This document shows positions 39,040 to 47,826 of a stretch of 64,000 nt of DNA, in pieces. How positions within the stretch are numbered: position 1 is the stretch's first letter; each line of letters opens with the position of its first letter. The position numbers were made by a program, and so were the translations under genes. This DNA is from Coprobacillus sp. (lineage in GTDB: Bacteria; Bacillota_I; Bacilli_A; RFN20; CAG-826): NCBI GenBank assembly GCA_021203805.1, contig JAJQAM010000046.1, positions 23,840-87,839 on the forward strand. The letters are read 5' to 3'. The notes beneath the pieces are model-generated. The model was not told the origin of the DNA. It did no database searches and was given only the letters and a program-made list of their open reading frames with translations.

Positions 39040-40078
39040 TCTATACGGACTTGAGTTTCATAAGCTTGAGCATCTTTTAGTGGACGAAGGCCAAAAGAAA
39101 TTTAAAGCGGTACAGCTCTATAACTGGATATACACGAAAAAAGCGGAAACTTTTGACGAGATGAGTGATATCTCTCTCGCTTTTCGTAAAACTCTTAGCG
39201 AGAAATATAGCCTCTCTCTTCCAAGGGTTTATACCCGTCAGGAGAGTAGTGACGGGACAATTAAGCTTCTCCTTGAAATGGAAGACGGGATGAAAGTAGA
39301 GACAGTGCTAATGCGCTACGACTACGGAAATGTCGCCTGCGTTTCTAGTCAGGTGGGATGCTCGATGGGCTGCACTTTCTGCGCCTCGGGTCTACTTGGA
39401 AAAAAGAGAAACCTTGAAACCCATGAAATGGTAGGGGAAGTTATTCTCCTTAATAAAGAGCTAGAAAAAGAAAATAAAGGGCAAAGAGTTACCCATGTCG
39501 TTTTAATGGGAACTGGGGAGCCTTTTGATAACTATGATAACGTCATGGATTTTATAAGAATCATTAATAATCAGAGAGGCTTATCAATTGGGGCTCGTCA
39601 TATCACTGTGTCTACATGCGGTCTTCCCGAGCAGATAAGAAGATACGGAAGAGAAGGGCTTCAAACTAACTTAGCGATATCTCTACACGCTCCAAATAAC
39701 GAGCTACGTAATCAGATAATGAATATCAATAAGGTCCATCCAATAGAGGAAGTTATGGACGCTGTTGAAGAGTATACCGACTACGCTGGAAGACGCGTCA
39801 CCTTTGAATATCTCCTCCTTGATCACCTTAACGACACCAAAGAATGCTGCGAACAATTAATAAAATTAGTGAAGCCAATCAATGGATATGTTAACCTTAT
39901 TCCTTATAATGAAACAAATTTGTGTCATTATAAGAGAAGTAGTAATAATAGAGTGCATTACTTCGCTGATATGCTCGCTAAAAACGGAGTAAATGTCACG
40001 ATAAGAAAGGAGTTTGGAAGCGATATTGACGCGGCCTGCGGTCAATTAAGAGCCAAAGTGGAATTAAAAAATGAGTAA
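39029..40078 (+). CDS. rlmN: 23S rRNA/tRNA m2A methyltransferase RlmN (radical SAM)
   Basis: 349 aa with CSMGCTFCASG (CxxxCxxC), GTGEP and a C-terminal catalytic Cys (DIDAACGQL). The start is GTG 39029 or ATG 39032. Confidence 0.93.
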   Translation: MMINLYGLEFHKLEHLLVDEGQKKFKAVQLYNWIYTKKAETFDEMSDISLAFRKTLSEKYSLSLPRVYTRQESSDGTIKLLLEMEDGMKVETVLMRYDYGNVACVSSQVGCSMGCTFCASGLLGKKRNLETHEMVGEVILLNKELEKENKGQRVTHVVLMGTGEPFDNYDNVMDFIRIINNQRGLSIGARHITVSTCGLPEQIRRYGREGLQTNLAISLHAPNNELRNQIMNINKVHPIEEVMDAVEEYTDYAGRRVTFEYLLLDHLNDTKECCEQLIKLVKPINGYVNLIPYNETNLCHYKRSSNNRVHYFADMLAKNGVNVTIRKEFGSDIDAACGQLRAKVELKNE

Positions 40079-40829
40079 AAAGTTAAGATTATTAAATGGA
40101 AGTTTTATTTTTAAAAGCGATGTTGGAAAAGTAAGAGAGGTCAATGAAGATAGATGCGTCGCTCTTCGAAACGCCGCTGGAGATGTCCTTTTATGTGTCT
40201 GCGACGGGATGGGCGGACAAAATAAAGGCGACTACGCCTCGGAGCTCACTATTAATACAATCGAAGATAGCTTTAAAATCAAAAATAAATTTAGATCCGC
40301 AAGAAGCGCTTCTCGCTGGCTTAAAAATACCGTGCGTGATGCGAATAATAGGGTCTACACCACGGGAGCGACCACTCCTGAATATCAAGGCATGGGAACT
40401 ACGGTAACCATTGCCCTTCTTATTAAAGGAAGCCTCCTTACCGCTCAGGTAGGTGATTCCCGCTGCTACTCCTACTCTTCTACCACTCTTGAGCAGCTTA
40501 CCGAGGACCAATCTTATGTCCAATATCTTTATAACGCCGGTAAGATTAGCGAGCAGGAAAAAGAAATTCATCAAAATAAAAACGTTCTTACTAATGCTTT
40601 AGGAACTTTCCCTTCTCTCTCCCTTGATATTAGAGTGAGCCGCTATAAGGGAGAAAGTCTCTTTCTTTGTAGCGACGGAGTGTATAACTCCATTCCTAAA
40701 GTGGATATTGAAAATATACTGCACTGCCACGAATCCCTTGCCATAAAAGCGGATATGCTTATCTCCACTGCTAATAGCTATGGAGCAAAGGATAACCTCT
40801 CGGTTATTTTATGGGAGTGCGCTAATTAA
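40071..40829 (+). CDS. stp: PP2C-family Ser/Thr phosphatase (Stp/PrpC)
   Basis: 252 aa with VREVNEDR, CDGMGG, GMGTT and CSDG motifs. Confidence 0.9.
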   Translation: MSKKLRLLNGSFIFKSDVGKVREVNEDRCVALRNAAGDVLLCVCDGMGGQNKGDYASELTINTIEDSFKIKNKFRSARSASRWLKNTVRDANNRVYTTGATTPEYQGMGTTVTIALLIKGSLLTAQVGDSRCYSYSSTTLEQLTEDQSYVQYLYNAGKISEQEKEIHQNKNVLTNALGTFPSLSLDIRVSRYKGESLFLCSDGVYNSIPKVDIENILHCHESLAIKADMLISTANSYGAKDNLSVILWECAN

Positions 40830-41692
40830 TGGCTCTTAAAGACGGACAAGTTATTGATTCTAGATATCGAATAAGCGCCCGACTTGGTGAAGGCGGGATG
40901 GCGGATGTCTATGAAGCCTTCGATATCGTTTTTAGGCGAAGCGTTGCCGTTAAGTTTATCAAAGAAGAAGCGATGATAAGCGAGACAAATCTTACTCGGT
41001 TTGAAAACGAAGCGACCATTGCCGCTTCGCTCTACCATCCAAATATTGTCAAAGTTTTAGGACACGGCGTTCATGAAGGAAGGCCTTATATCGTTGAGGA
41101 ATTAATTCAGGGTAAAACCCTAAAGGAGATACTTGAAATTAGATCCCCGCTTCCCCTTAGCGAGTGCCTTGATATAATGCTACAGGTCACTAGCGCCATG
41201 GGCTATGCTCATCAAAAAGGCGTTATTCATAGAGATATAAAGCCACAAAACATCTTTATTGAAGCGGATGGCACCGTTAAAATTGGCGATTTTGGAATAA
41301 GCGAGGCCGCCGGTCTCACCACGAGAAAAAGTAGTGATATTAAAGGCTCTGTTCATTACCTTGCCCCCGAGATTACTCAGGGGAAACCCGCTTCTATCCA
41401 GTCTGATATCTATGCGATAGGAGTGACCTTTTTTGAGATGGTAACAGGTCATCCTCCCTTCAATAAGAAGAAAGCCTCGGAAATCGCTTTGGCTCATGTC
41501 AACGAAAAATTCCCCTCTCCAAAAATTGATGTTCCCACTCTCCCTAGCGAGATAGAAAAGATTATACTAACCGCCACCGAAAAGAAACCAAATAAGCGCT
41601 ATAAAAGCGCCTGGCATATGAACGAAGACATTAAAAAGTTTGTTAATAGGGGCGAAAAACCCGTTAAGAAAGGATTATTTAAGAAAAAATAA
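40829..41692 (+). CDS. Hanks-type Ser/Thr protein kinase, catalytic domain only (no TM, no PASTA)
   Basis: 287 aa with GEGGMADVY, VAVK, HRDIKPQN, DFG and APE motifs. It ends in a Lys-rich tail right after the kinase domain. Confidence 0.9.
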   Translation: MALKDGQVIDSRYRISARLGEGGMADVYEAFDIVFRRSVAVKFIKEEAMISETNLTRFENEATIAASLYHPNIVKVLGHGVHEGRPYIVEELIQGKTLKEILEIRSPLPLSECLDIMLQVTSAMGYAHQKGVIHRDIKPQNIFIEADGTVKIGDFGISEAAGLTTRKSSDIKGSVHYLAPEITQGKPASIQSDIYAIGVTFFEMVTGHPPFNKKKASEIALAHVNEKFPSPKIDVPTLPSEIEKIILTATEKKPNKRYKSAWHMNEDIKKFVNRGEKPVKKGLFKKK

Positions 41693-41694
41693 GT

Positions 41695-42546
41695 ATGAAA
41701 GGACTTGTAATAGAAGCCGATTCCTCTCTATATACGATTGAAGCTGATGGCGTCTTTTACCGCCTCGCTCCACGCGGTATCTTTCGTAAACAAAATATTC
41801 ATGTCATAGCGGGAGATTACGTGGATTTTGACGACGAAAATCTCGTTATTAATTTTGTCTATGAGAGAAAGTCATCTCTTAAAAGACCAAATATCGCAAA
41901 TATTGATCAAATCGTTATCGTGATGTCTCTTAAAGAGCCTGACTTTTCTCCATATTTACTTCTTAAATATCTTACCTACGCTAACTATAACGAGGTGACC
42001 GCTAAGGTTATCCTTACCAAAAACGATTTAGCAGATGAGAAAAACCTAGCGGAAGCGGACTCTCTTTTAGATAGTCTTCATATCGAGCATTTTGCTGTCT
42101 CTAATAAAAGCGGTGACGGAATGGATAAACTCCCTAACTTATTTTCAGGTCAGATTACTGTATTAGTGGGCCAAACCGGAGTGGGTAAGTCCTCTCTTCT
42201 TAACTCTCTTAATCCGGATTTTAATCGGGAGATTGGAGAGTATAGCTACGCTCTTAATAGGGGAAAGCATAAGACCACTTCGACTACCCTTCTCCCGTTT
42301 CTTGGGGGATATATCGCCGATACTCCAGGCTTCTCCTCTTTAGAGCTTAGAATGAACGAAAATGAACTTGCGAAGTATTTCCCCTCTTTTTCACCCGCTT
42401 ATCTATCTTGCTACTACGCTGACTGTAAGCACGTCAGTGAGCCAAGCTGCGAGGTTAAAAAGCAAGTAAGTGAAGGAATTATTCCCCAACAAGTGTATGA
42501 TATATATATGAGAATGAGGGAGGATATCAATGAAGGAATCTTCTAA
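41695..42546 (+). CDS. rsgA: Ribosome small-subunit-dependent GTPase A
   Basis: 283 aa. Circularly permuted GTPase motifs (LTKNDL; GQTGVGKSSLLN) and a C-terminal zinc-finger Cys/His cluster (CYYADCKHVSEPSC). Confidence 0.9.
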   Translation: MKGLVIEADSSLYTIEADGVFYRLAPRGIFRKQNIHVIAGDYVDFDDENLVINFVYERKSSLKRPNIANIDQIVIVMSLKEPDFSPYLLLKYLTYANYNEVTAKVILTKNDLADEKNLAEADSLLDSLHIEHFAVSNKSGDGMDKLPNLFSGQITVLVGQTGVGKSSLLNSLNPDFNREIGEYSYALNRGKHKTTSTTLLPFLGGYIADTPGFSSLELRMNENELAKYFPSFSPAYLSCYYADCKHVSEPSCEVKKQVSEGIIPQQVYDIYMRMREDINEGIF

Positions 42547-43195
42547 AGAAGTATTTGTCGCGCCCTCTCTTCTAAGCGCTGATTTTTCAAAGCTAAACGA
42601 AGAGATTAGGGAAGTAGAAGAGCTAGGAGTAAAGTATCTTCATTTTGACGTCATGGATGGTCATTTTGTGGACAATATTTCTTTTGGCATTCCTGTCCTT
42701 AAAAGTATCTCTCACACTCATCACATGATAAACGATGTTCACCTCATGATAAGTGAGCCTAAAAAATATGTCGAAGATTTTATAGACGCCGGAGCGGATA
42801 TTGTTACTTTTCACTATGAAGCATGCGCAAAAGATGAGATAGAAGAAATTATTGATCTTATTCATTCTCACGGCGTTAAGGCCGGAATTGCGATTAAACC
42901 AAAAACAGATGTCAGTGAAATTATTCCGTTTTTACATGATTTAGATCTTCTTCTTGTCATGAGCGTTGAGCCTGGTTTTGGCGGGCAACAGTTTTTACCT
43001 ATTTCACTTTCAAAAATTAAAAAATTAGACGAGTATCGAAGTGAAAACGATTTAAATTATCTTATTGAGGTTGACGGCGGAATTAATGAAGTGACCGCAA
43101 AAGAATGTCGGGAAGCCGGCGTTGATATCTTAGTAGCGGGTAATTATATCTTCAAAAATAATAAAAAGGACGCCATTAGGGCGCTAAAAGGATAA
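42530..43195 (+). CDS. rpe: Ribulose-phosphate 3-epimerase
   Basis: 221 aa with PSLLSADF, HFDVMDGHFV, MSVEPGFGGQ and VDGGI. Confidence 0.93.
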   Translation: MKESSKEVFVAPSLLSADFSKLNEEIREVEELGVKYLHFDVMDGHFVDNISFGIPVLKSISHTHHMINDVHLMISEPKKYVEDFIDAGADIVTFHYEACAKDEIEEIIDLIHSHGVKAGIAIKPKTDVSEIIPFLHDLDLLLVMSVEPGFGGQQFLPISLSKIKKLDEYRSENDLNYLIEVDGGINEVTAKECREAGVDILVAGNYIFKNNKKDAIRALKG

Positions 43196-43197
43196 AA

Positions 43198-43908
43198 ATG
43201 AATAGCGTTTTGATGATAGTGCTTCCAATTATCACCATCATGTTTCTAGTGGTGGCTTTTTTTCTTCACCGCGCGGACTATTTTCATCGAAATAATAGGC
43301 AGTATTCCTGCCGTAACACTTTCCCCTATGAGCTAAATGAGCCCATAGAGCTAACTAAGAATTTAGCGGGTAATATTTTCCTTCTTCTCGGTCTAATCTG
43401 CGAGGTCTTATTCTTCTCCTTTTTTATGATGAGCACAAATGAGAGTAGTGCTTCCTTTTATGTGATTGTCATCGGCGGAGCGATTCTTTCCGTCTTAATC
43501 TTCTTTCTCTATTTTGTCCCCTTTAAGTATGTAACCGCTCATCTACTTATTTCTCTTATCAGCTATGTCTTATCTCTTGCCCTCTCTATTATCTTTGTCA
43601 TTAATGTCACTGGGGAGACAATGTATTATTATGATTTATTTGTCTCGGGATCTGCGGTCGCGGAGTTTACTGAGCTAATCCTATCCGATATCTTTGCCTA
43701 CGGCGCTGCTGTGACCTCAGTTGCCGCTTTTATCGTCGTGTGTATGACTAGAGAGCCCTTTAGACTGAAAGAGGTAAAGCAGGAAGACGGAACCGTAACG
43801 TACGAAAGACCGAAGGTCTTTGCTCTTGCCTCGATGGAGTGGCTTACCATTCTCACTAATGTCTTATTTGTAGTGGCCCTCCTCTTCTATGTAATCGCGG
43901 TTATTTAA
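43198..43908 (+). CDS. Hypothetical polytopic membrane protein
   Basis: 236-aa ORF with 5 or 6 predicted TM helices and no recognised motif. Confidence 0.6.
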   Translation: MNSVLMIVLPIITIMFLVVAFFLHRADYFHRNNRQYSCRNTFPYELNEPIELTKNLAGNIFLLLGLICEVLFFSFFMMSTNESSASFYVIVIGGAILSVLIFFLYFVPFKYVTAHLLISLISYVLSLALSIIFVINVTGETMYYYDLFVSGSAVAEFTELILSDIFAYGAAVTSVAAFIVVCMTREPFRLKEVKQEDGTVTYERPKVFALASMEWLTILTNVLFVVALLFYVIAVI

Positions 43909-43932
43909 TTAGTTTCTTTCTTATTTAGATAT

Positions 43933-43962
43933 AAAAAAAGACTTCAACGAAGTCATTTTTTT
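43933..43962. terminator. Bidirectional rho-independent terminator
   Basis: AAAAAAA-GACTTC-AAC-GAAGTC-A-TTTTTTT, between convergent genes. Confidence 0.75.
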
Positions 43963-43979
43963 AATCAATGAAGCTTAGC

Positions 43980-44165
43980 TTAGTTGCCTTTATTTAGAGA
44001 ACGATAAGCGTGAGCAGACATTTTGACACGGGTTTTCTTCCCATCCACAATGATGGTGTGTGTCTGTAAGTTGACGTTCCATTTTCTACGTGTGGCAATC
44101 ATTGATTTAGAGCGTTTGTTACCGCTTTGGGGTCCCTTACCGCTATAAGTACAAACTCTGGACAT
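43980..44165 (-). CDS. rpmB: 50S ribosomal protein L28
   Basis: 61 aa, MSRVCTYSGKGPQSGNKRSKSMIATRRKWNVNLQ. GGGAGG SD. Confidence 0.95.
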   Translation of the reverse strand: MSRVCTYSGKGPQSGNKRSKSMIATRRKWNVNLQTHTIIVDGKKTRVKMSAHAYRSLNKGN

Positions 44166-44192
44166 ACTTTCGCCTCCCTTTTAAATTTGCAA

Positions 44193-44227
44193 TTGTGATA
44201 TTATCACAAATTCCTACCTTTATTCAA
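44193..44227 (-). promoter_or_regulatory. rpmB promoter with a 17-bp palindrome over the -10 box and start site
   Basis: Minus strand: -35 TTGAAT (44227..44222), 16-bp spacer, -10 GATAAT (44205..44200). The palindrome TTGTGATA-T-TATCACAA spans 44193..44209. Confidence 0.45.
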
Positions 44228-44683
44228 TTAAAATTTCACATTTGGATAGCTTAAATGAAAATCTTCTTCACTGATAAGACTTTTGCATTCTTTAAGCATG
44301 ATGGAATAGATCTTCCCGTCTTTGTCAAAAGTGAGATATTTCTTATAGCCTTCCCTAGTAAAAAAGCAGACCATTTTTCTCTTTTCAGAGACCGCTTTAT
44401 CGATGTAGATGATGTTATCTAGTTTATAAGTGGTCTTTCTAAACATTCTCACCTGAACCACTTCGCTTTTACTAACGAGGTAGTAGTTTTGAGTGATTGA
44501 TAAGATGTAGAAGACAATGGAGAGGATAAGCCACACTCCAATAATCGTATAGGGCTGCCAGGTGCTCCACTTTTCAGGAGTCACAAATACGCTAAAGAAG
44601 ATTCCAAAAAGCGCTGCCGCGACAATCACGATAGCGATTAGGAATGTGTAGGTTATTTTCCATAGACCAAGCTTTAATTTCAT
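44228..44683 (-). CDS. Small membrane protein (2 TM + cytoplasmic PH-like domain), last gene of the dTMP-related operon
   Basis: 151-aa ORF with an ATGA overlap to the upstream gene. No recognised catalytic motif. Confidence 0.6.
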   Translation of the reverse strand: MKLKLGLWKITYTFLIAIVIVAAALFGIFFSVFVTPEKWSTWQPYTIIGVWLILSIVFYILSITQNYYLVSKSEVVQVRMFRKTTYKLDNIIYIDKAVSEKRKMVCFFTREGYKKYLTFDKDGKIYSIMLKECKSLISEEDFHLSYPNVKF

Positions 44684-45276
44684 ATCACGAATTTATCCGC
44701 TCCTGTGAGCTCTAAAAACTGAGGGAGTGATTCGCACCAATCGCAAAACTCATGCCACTCTTTTAGCTTATGATTTTTTCGCTGTATATACATGGTTTTA
44801 AGCTGCTGATAATTAGTGGTCATGGTCGCTCCTAGACAGAACCCTGCGGGAAGAGAGGCGACGATTTCTCTCCACTTTTCGCTTTTAGCCACTGGGTCTT
44901 CAAGCGCGTTCCACTCATCGACAAGTCCCTCTAAGATTTTAATCACTTCTTTATTAGTTTCATCAACGCACTGCTCACTGATTTTAAATTTCATGAGGCT
45001 ATGCATTGTGGACTGAGAGGAGACAAAATCAAACCAGTGATAACGCTGAGCCTGTTTCCACCAATACTGAGGCGCGGTGACATCCATTTGCACAATAATT
45101 CCTTTAAGGTAATTATCATGTCCTTGTCCGTTTTGAGCGGTTCCTAAGCTTTTTGCTCTCGCGAGATCTTTTTCGGTTACTTCCCCTCTATCAAAGACGG
45201 TTCTCATGGGATTACCGCTTGCTTTTACGGACTTATTAAGTCCGTATACTTCAGTATTTTCAATCTTGAAGTTCAT
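44680..45276 (-). CDS. ThyX (Thy1)-fold protein with a non-canonical ThyX motif; candidate divergent flavin-dependent thymidylate synthase
   Basis: 198 aa. ...GQGHDNYLKGIIVQMDVTAPQYWWKQAQRYHWFDFVSSQSTMH... aligns by eye to T. maritima ThyX [40 protein letters not shown]. Operon context with dCMP deaminase and FolD. Confidence 0.55.
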   Translation of the reverse strand: MNFKIENTEVYGLNKSVKASGNPMRTVFDRGEVTEKDLARAKSLGTAQNGQGHDNYLKGIIVQMDVTAPQYWWKQAQRYHWFDFVSSQSTMHSLMKFKISEQCVDETNKEVIKILEGLVDEWNALEDPVAKSEKWREIVASLPAGFCLGATMTTNYQQLKTMYIQRKNHKLKEWHEFCDWCESLPQFLELTGADKFVI

Positions 45277-46063
45277 AATATGCCTCCATTAAGTTCTTCA
45301 TCAATGAGAGTCTAGTAAGTAGGCCCACTCCCTTAGGGACAGGGGTCTGTAGTCTCACCGGTAAACCGGGGAGAGAGTCGCCGTGAAGTTTTCCGTCTTC
45401 TCTTGTTATTCCTACGTCCACAATAACCGCGCTCTCCTTAAAGGTAAACGAGTCATCTAAAAAGTGTTTATGACCAATCGCAATGACGATGATATCCGCC
45501 ATGGCGACATATTTTTTCATGTCTTCTTTACTCGTATGGGAATGAAGAGTGGTGACGTTACCGTTTTCATTAAGTAAGACCTTTGCCATTGGTTTACCAA
45601 CGATGTCGCTTCTTCCAATGACGACGCAGTTTTTTCCGTCGATCTCTATCTCTTCTTCTTTTAGATAATCTAGGATTCCCCTTGGGGTACAAGGGGTAAA
45701 GTGAGATAAAGGATTAAACCCATCGATATCCTTAGCGGGATCGATGGCGCATTTAACGTGAGCGGGATTAATTTGAGGGGGAAGAGGAAGCTGGACAATA
45801 ATACCATGAACATCTTTATTGTGGTTTAAATCATTAATGAGTCTAAGAAGGTCTTCTTCCCTCATATCAAGGGGGCATTTCATATGCTGAACATTAATTC
45901 CTAGCTCTTGAGCGTCTTTTATCTTTCCTGCGATATAGATATTACTGCCTTCATCTTCATTGACCTGGATAATCGTAAAATAAGGGGCCACTCTTAGCCC
46001 GCTAACTTCTTCTCTGATTCGCTCTTTTTCCTGCTTTACGTATTCAGTTATTTCCATTTTCAT
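45260..46063 (-). CDS. folD: Bifunctional methylene-THF dehydrogenase / methenyl-THF cyclohydrolase
   Basis: 267 aa with HGIIVQLPLP, KDIDGF, PCTP, VIGRSDIVGKP and TPVPKGVGLLT. Confidence 0.9.
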   Translation of the reverse strand: MKMEITEYVKQEKERIREEVSGLRVAPYFTIIQVNEDEGSNIYIAGKIKDAQELGINVQHMKCPLDMREEDLLRLINDLNHNKDVHGIIVQLPLPPQINPAHVKCAIDPAKDIDGFNPLSHFTPCTPRGILDYLKEEEIEIDGKNCVVIGRSDIVGKPMAKVLLNENGNVTTLHSHTSKEDMKKYVAMADIIVIAIGHKHFLDDSFTFKESAVIVDVGITREDGKLHGDSLPGLPVRLQTPVPKGVGLLTRLSLMKNLMEAYYELQD

Positions 46064-46548
46064 TTGTAATTAATCTCCGGAATACGTCCCTCGTATTTTC
46101 TAACCTTTACTCCCGCTAGCTCAAGAAGCTTCTTACTTGCCTGAGTGCTTACTTGCTCGGGATATTTATCTTCAACATATATCACTTCTTTAATTCCGGT
46201 TTGAATTATAGCTTTTGCGCATTCATTACAGGGAAAGAGGGTCACATAAAGATGACATCCCTCGAGGGCGCTTCCATTTCTTGTATTAAGTATGGCGTTA
46301 AACTCAGCGTGACAAACATAGAGATACTTGCTATCTAGTCCCTCCCCTTTATTCCAGGAGAGCTTAGACTCATCCACTCCCGCGGGCATTCCGTTATAGC
46401 CGATCGACACCACTTTATGGGCCTCATCAGCGATGCACGCTCCCACCTTCGTGTTTGGATCTTTACTTCGTAAAGAGGAAAGCACTGCTATCCCCATAAA
46501 ATATTCATCCCAGTTAATATCTGCTTTCATACCTATTTCCTTAATCAC
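46060..46548 (-). CDS. comEB: dCMP deaminase (ComEB type)
   Basis: 162 aa with zinc motifs HAEFNAI and PCNECAKAI. Confidence 0.88.
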   Translation of the reverse strand: MIKEIGMKADINWDEYFMGIAVLSSLRSKDPNTKVGACIADEAHKVVSIGYNGMPAGVDESKLSWNKGEGLDSKYLYVCHAEFNAILNTRNGSALEGCHLYVTLFPCNECAKAIIQTGIKEVIYVEDKYPEQVSTQASKKLLELAGVKVRKYEGRIPEINYK

Positions 46549-46684
46549 TTAATTTTATATGAGTTATGGCTATAAATAAATATTTTGTTTATTTATTCAC
46601 TTCCTTTTCTTAATTTAGACTTAATGTTATTGAATAAGGTTTTATTTTTGAATAAAATAAAAATGCAAAAAGAAGGAAGTAGAT

Positions 46685-47824
46685 ATGACAAATAGTCTTA
46701 TCGCGGTCGTCTTAGCCGGTGGCAAGGGAACGCGATTATATCAGTTAACAAAGAGAATCGCTAAACCAGCGGTTCAGTTCGCCGCTAAATACCGCCTCAT
46801 TGATTTTTCTCTATCAAACTGCGTTAACAGCGGAATTAACACCATCGGTGTTTTAACTCAGTACGAATCTACATTTTTAAACTCATATATCGGTAATGGT
46901 GAGAAGTGGGGACTAAATGGTCTTCATTCTTTAATGACCGCGATTGCTCCTAAGCAGACTGATGAAGGAGCTAATTGGTATAAAGGCACCGCCGATGCAA
47001 TCGCTCAAAACATTGAGTGGATTGACTCTATGTATCCTGAGAATGTTTTAATTCTCAGCGGTGATCATATCTATAAGACCACCTTTAATGATATGTTTTG
47101 GCGTCATACCACTAATGACGCAGATGTCACCATCTCCGTTATTGAAGTGGACCCAACTGAGGCCCCTCGCTTCGGTATTATGGTCGCCGATGAAAATGAT
47201 CATATCACAGAGTTTCAGGAAAAACCTAAAAACCCAAAGAGCAATCTTGCTAGTATGGGTATTTATATGTTTAAGTGGAAGACTCTTCGTAAGCTCCTCA
47301 TTGAGGATATGAAGGATGAAAATAGCACTCATGACTTTGGAAACGATATCATTCCAAAGATGCTTGAAAGAAATATGAAAGTGTTCTGCTACCGCTATAA
47401 CGGATACTGGAGAGACGTCGGAACTATTCCTAGTCTCCACGCGGCAAATATGGATATCATCGATGGAAAGTTTAATCTAAACTCCATCCGTGATGACGAT
47501 AGAATCTACACTCAAGATACATATTCTCTCCCTCACTATGTGGGTAAGAGAGGAACCTCGATTACCAGTAGCATCGCTAACCAAGGCGCGGTCATTCTCG
47601 GTAAGGTTAATTACTGCGTCATCTCTAATGAAGTCATGATTGATTATGACTCAGTGTGCGACCACTGCGTCATCATGAGCGATGTTCATATTGGAAAAAA
47701 TTCGAAGGTACGTAATGCGATTATCGCTCCAGGAGTGTGGATTGGAGATAATGTCTCCATTAATCAAAAAGGGAACGAGATCATCCTCGTTGCCGATAAC
47801 GTCGATAGTCAGGAGGTCAAGTAA
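46685..47824 (+). CDS. glgC: Glucose-1-phosphate adenylyltransferase
   Basis: 379 aa with LAGGKGTRL, RLIDFSLSNC and WYKGTADA, plus a C-terminal left-handed beta-helix. Confidence 0.93.
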   Translation: MTNSLIAVVLAGGKGTRLYQLTKRIAKPAVQFAAKYRLIDFSLSNCVNSGINTIGVLTQYESTFLNSYIGNGEKWGLNGLHSLMTAIAPKQTDEGANWYKGTADAIAQNIEWIDSMYPENVLILSGDHIYKTTFNDMFWRHTTNDADVTISVIEVDPTEAPRFGIMVADENDHITEFQEKPKNPKSNLASMGIYMFKWKTLRKLLIEDMKDENSTHDFGNDIIPKMLERNMKVFCYRYNGYWRDVGTIPSLHAANMDIIDGKFNLNSIRDDDRIYTQDTYSLPHYVGKRGTSITSSIANQGAVILGKVNYCVISNEVMIDYDSVCDHCVIMSDVHIGKNSKVRNAIIAPGVWIGDNVSINQKGNEIILVADNVDSQEVK

Positions 47825-47826
47825 GT

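Noticed and set aside
44193-44209. 17-bp palindrome TTGTGATATTATCACAA over the rpmB -10 box as a CRP/Zur-type operator
   Set aside because: 8-bp arms in AT-rich DNA are expected about once per window by chance. The 5-nt spacing between the TGTGA and TCACA half-sites does not fit the CRP consensus (N6) or the Zur box. I listed it as a low-confidence feature only.
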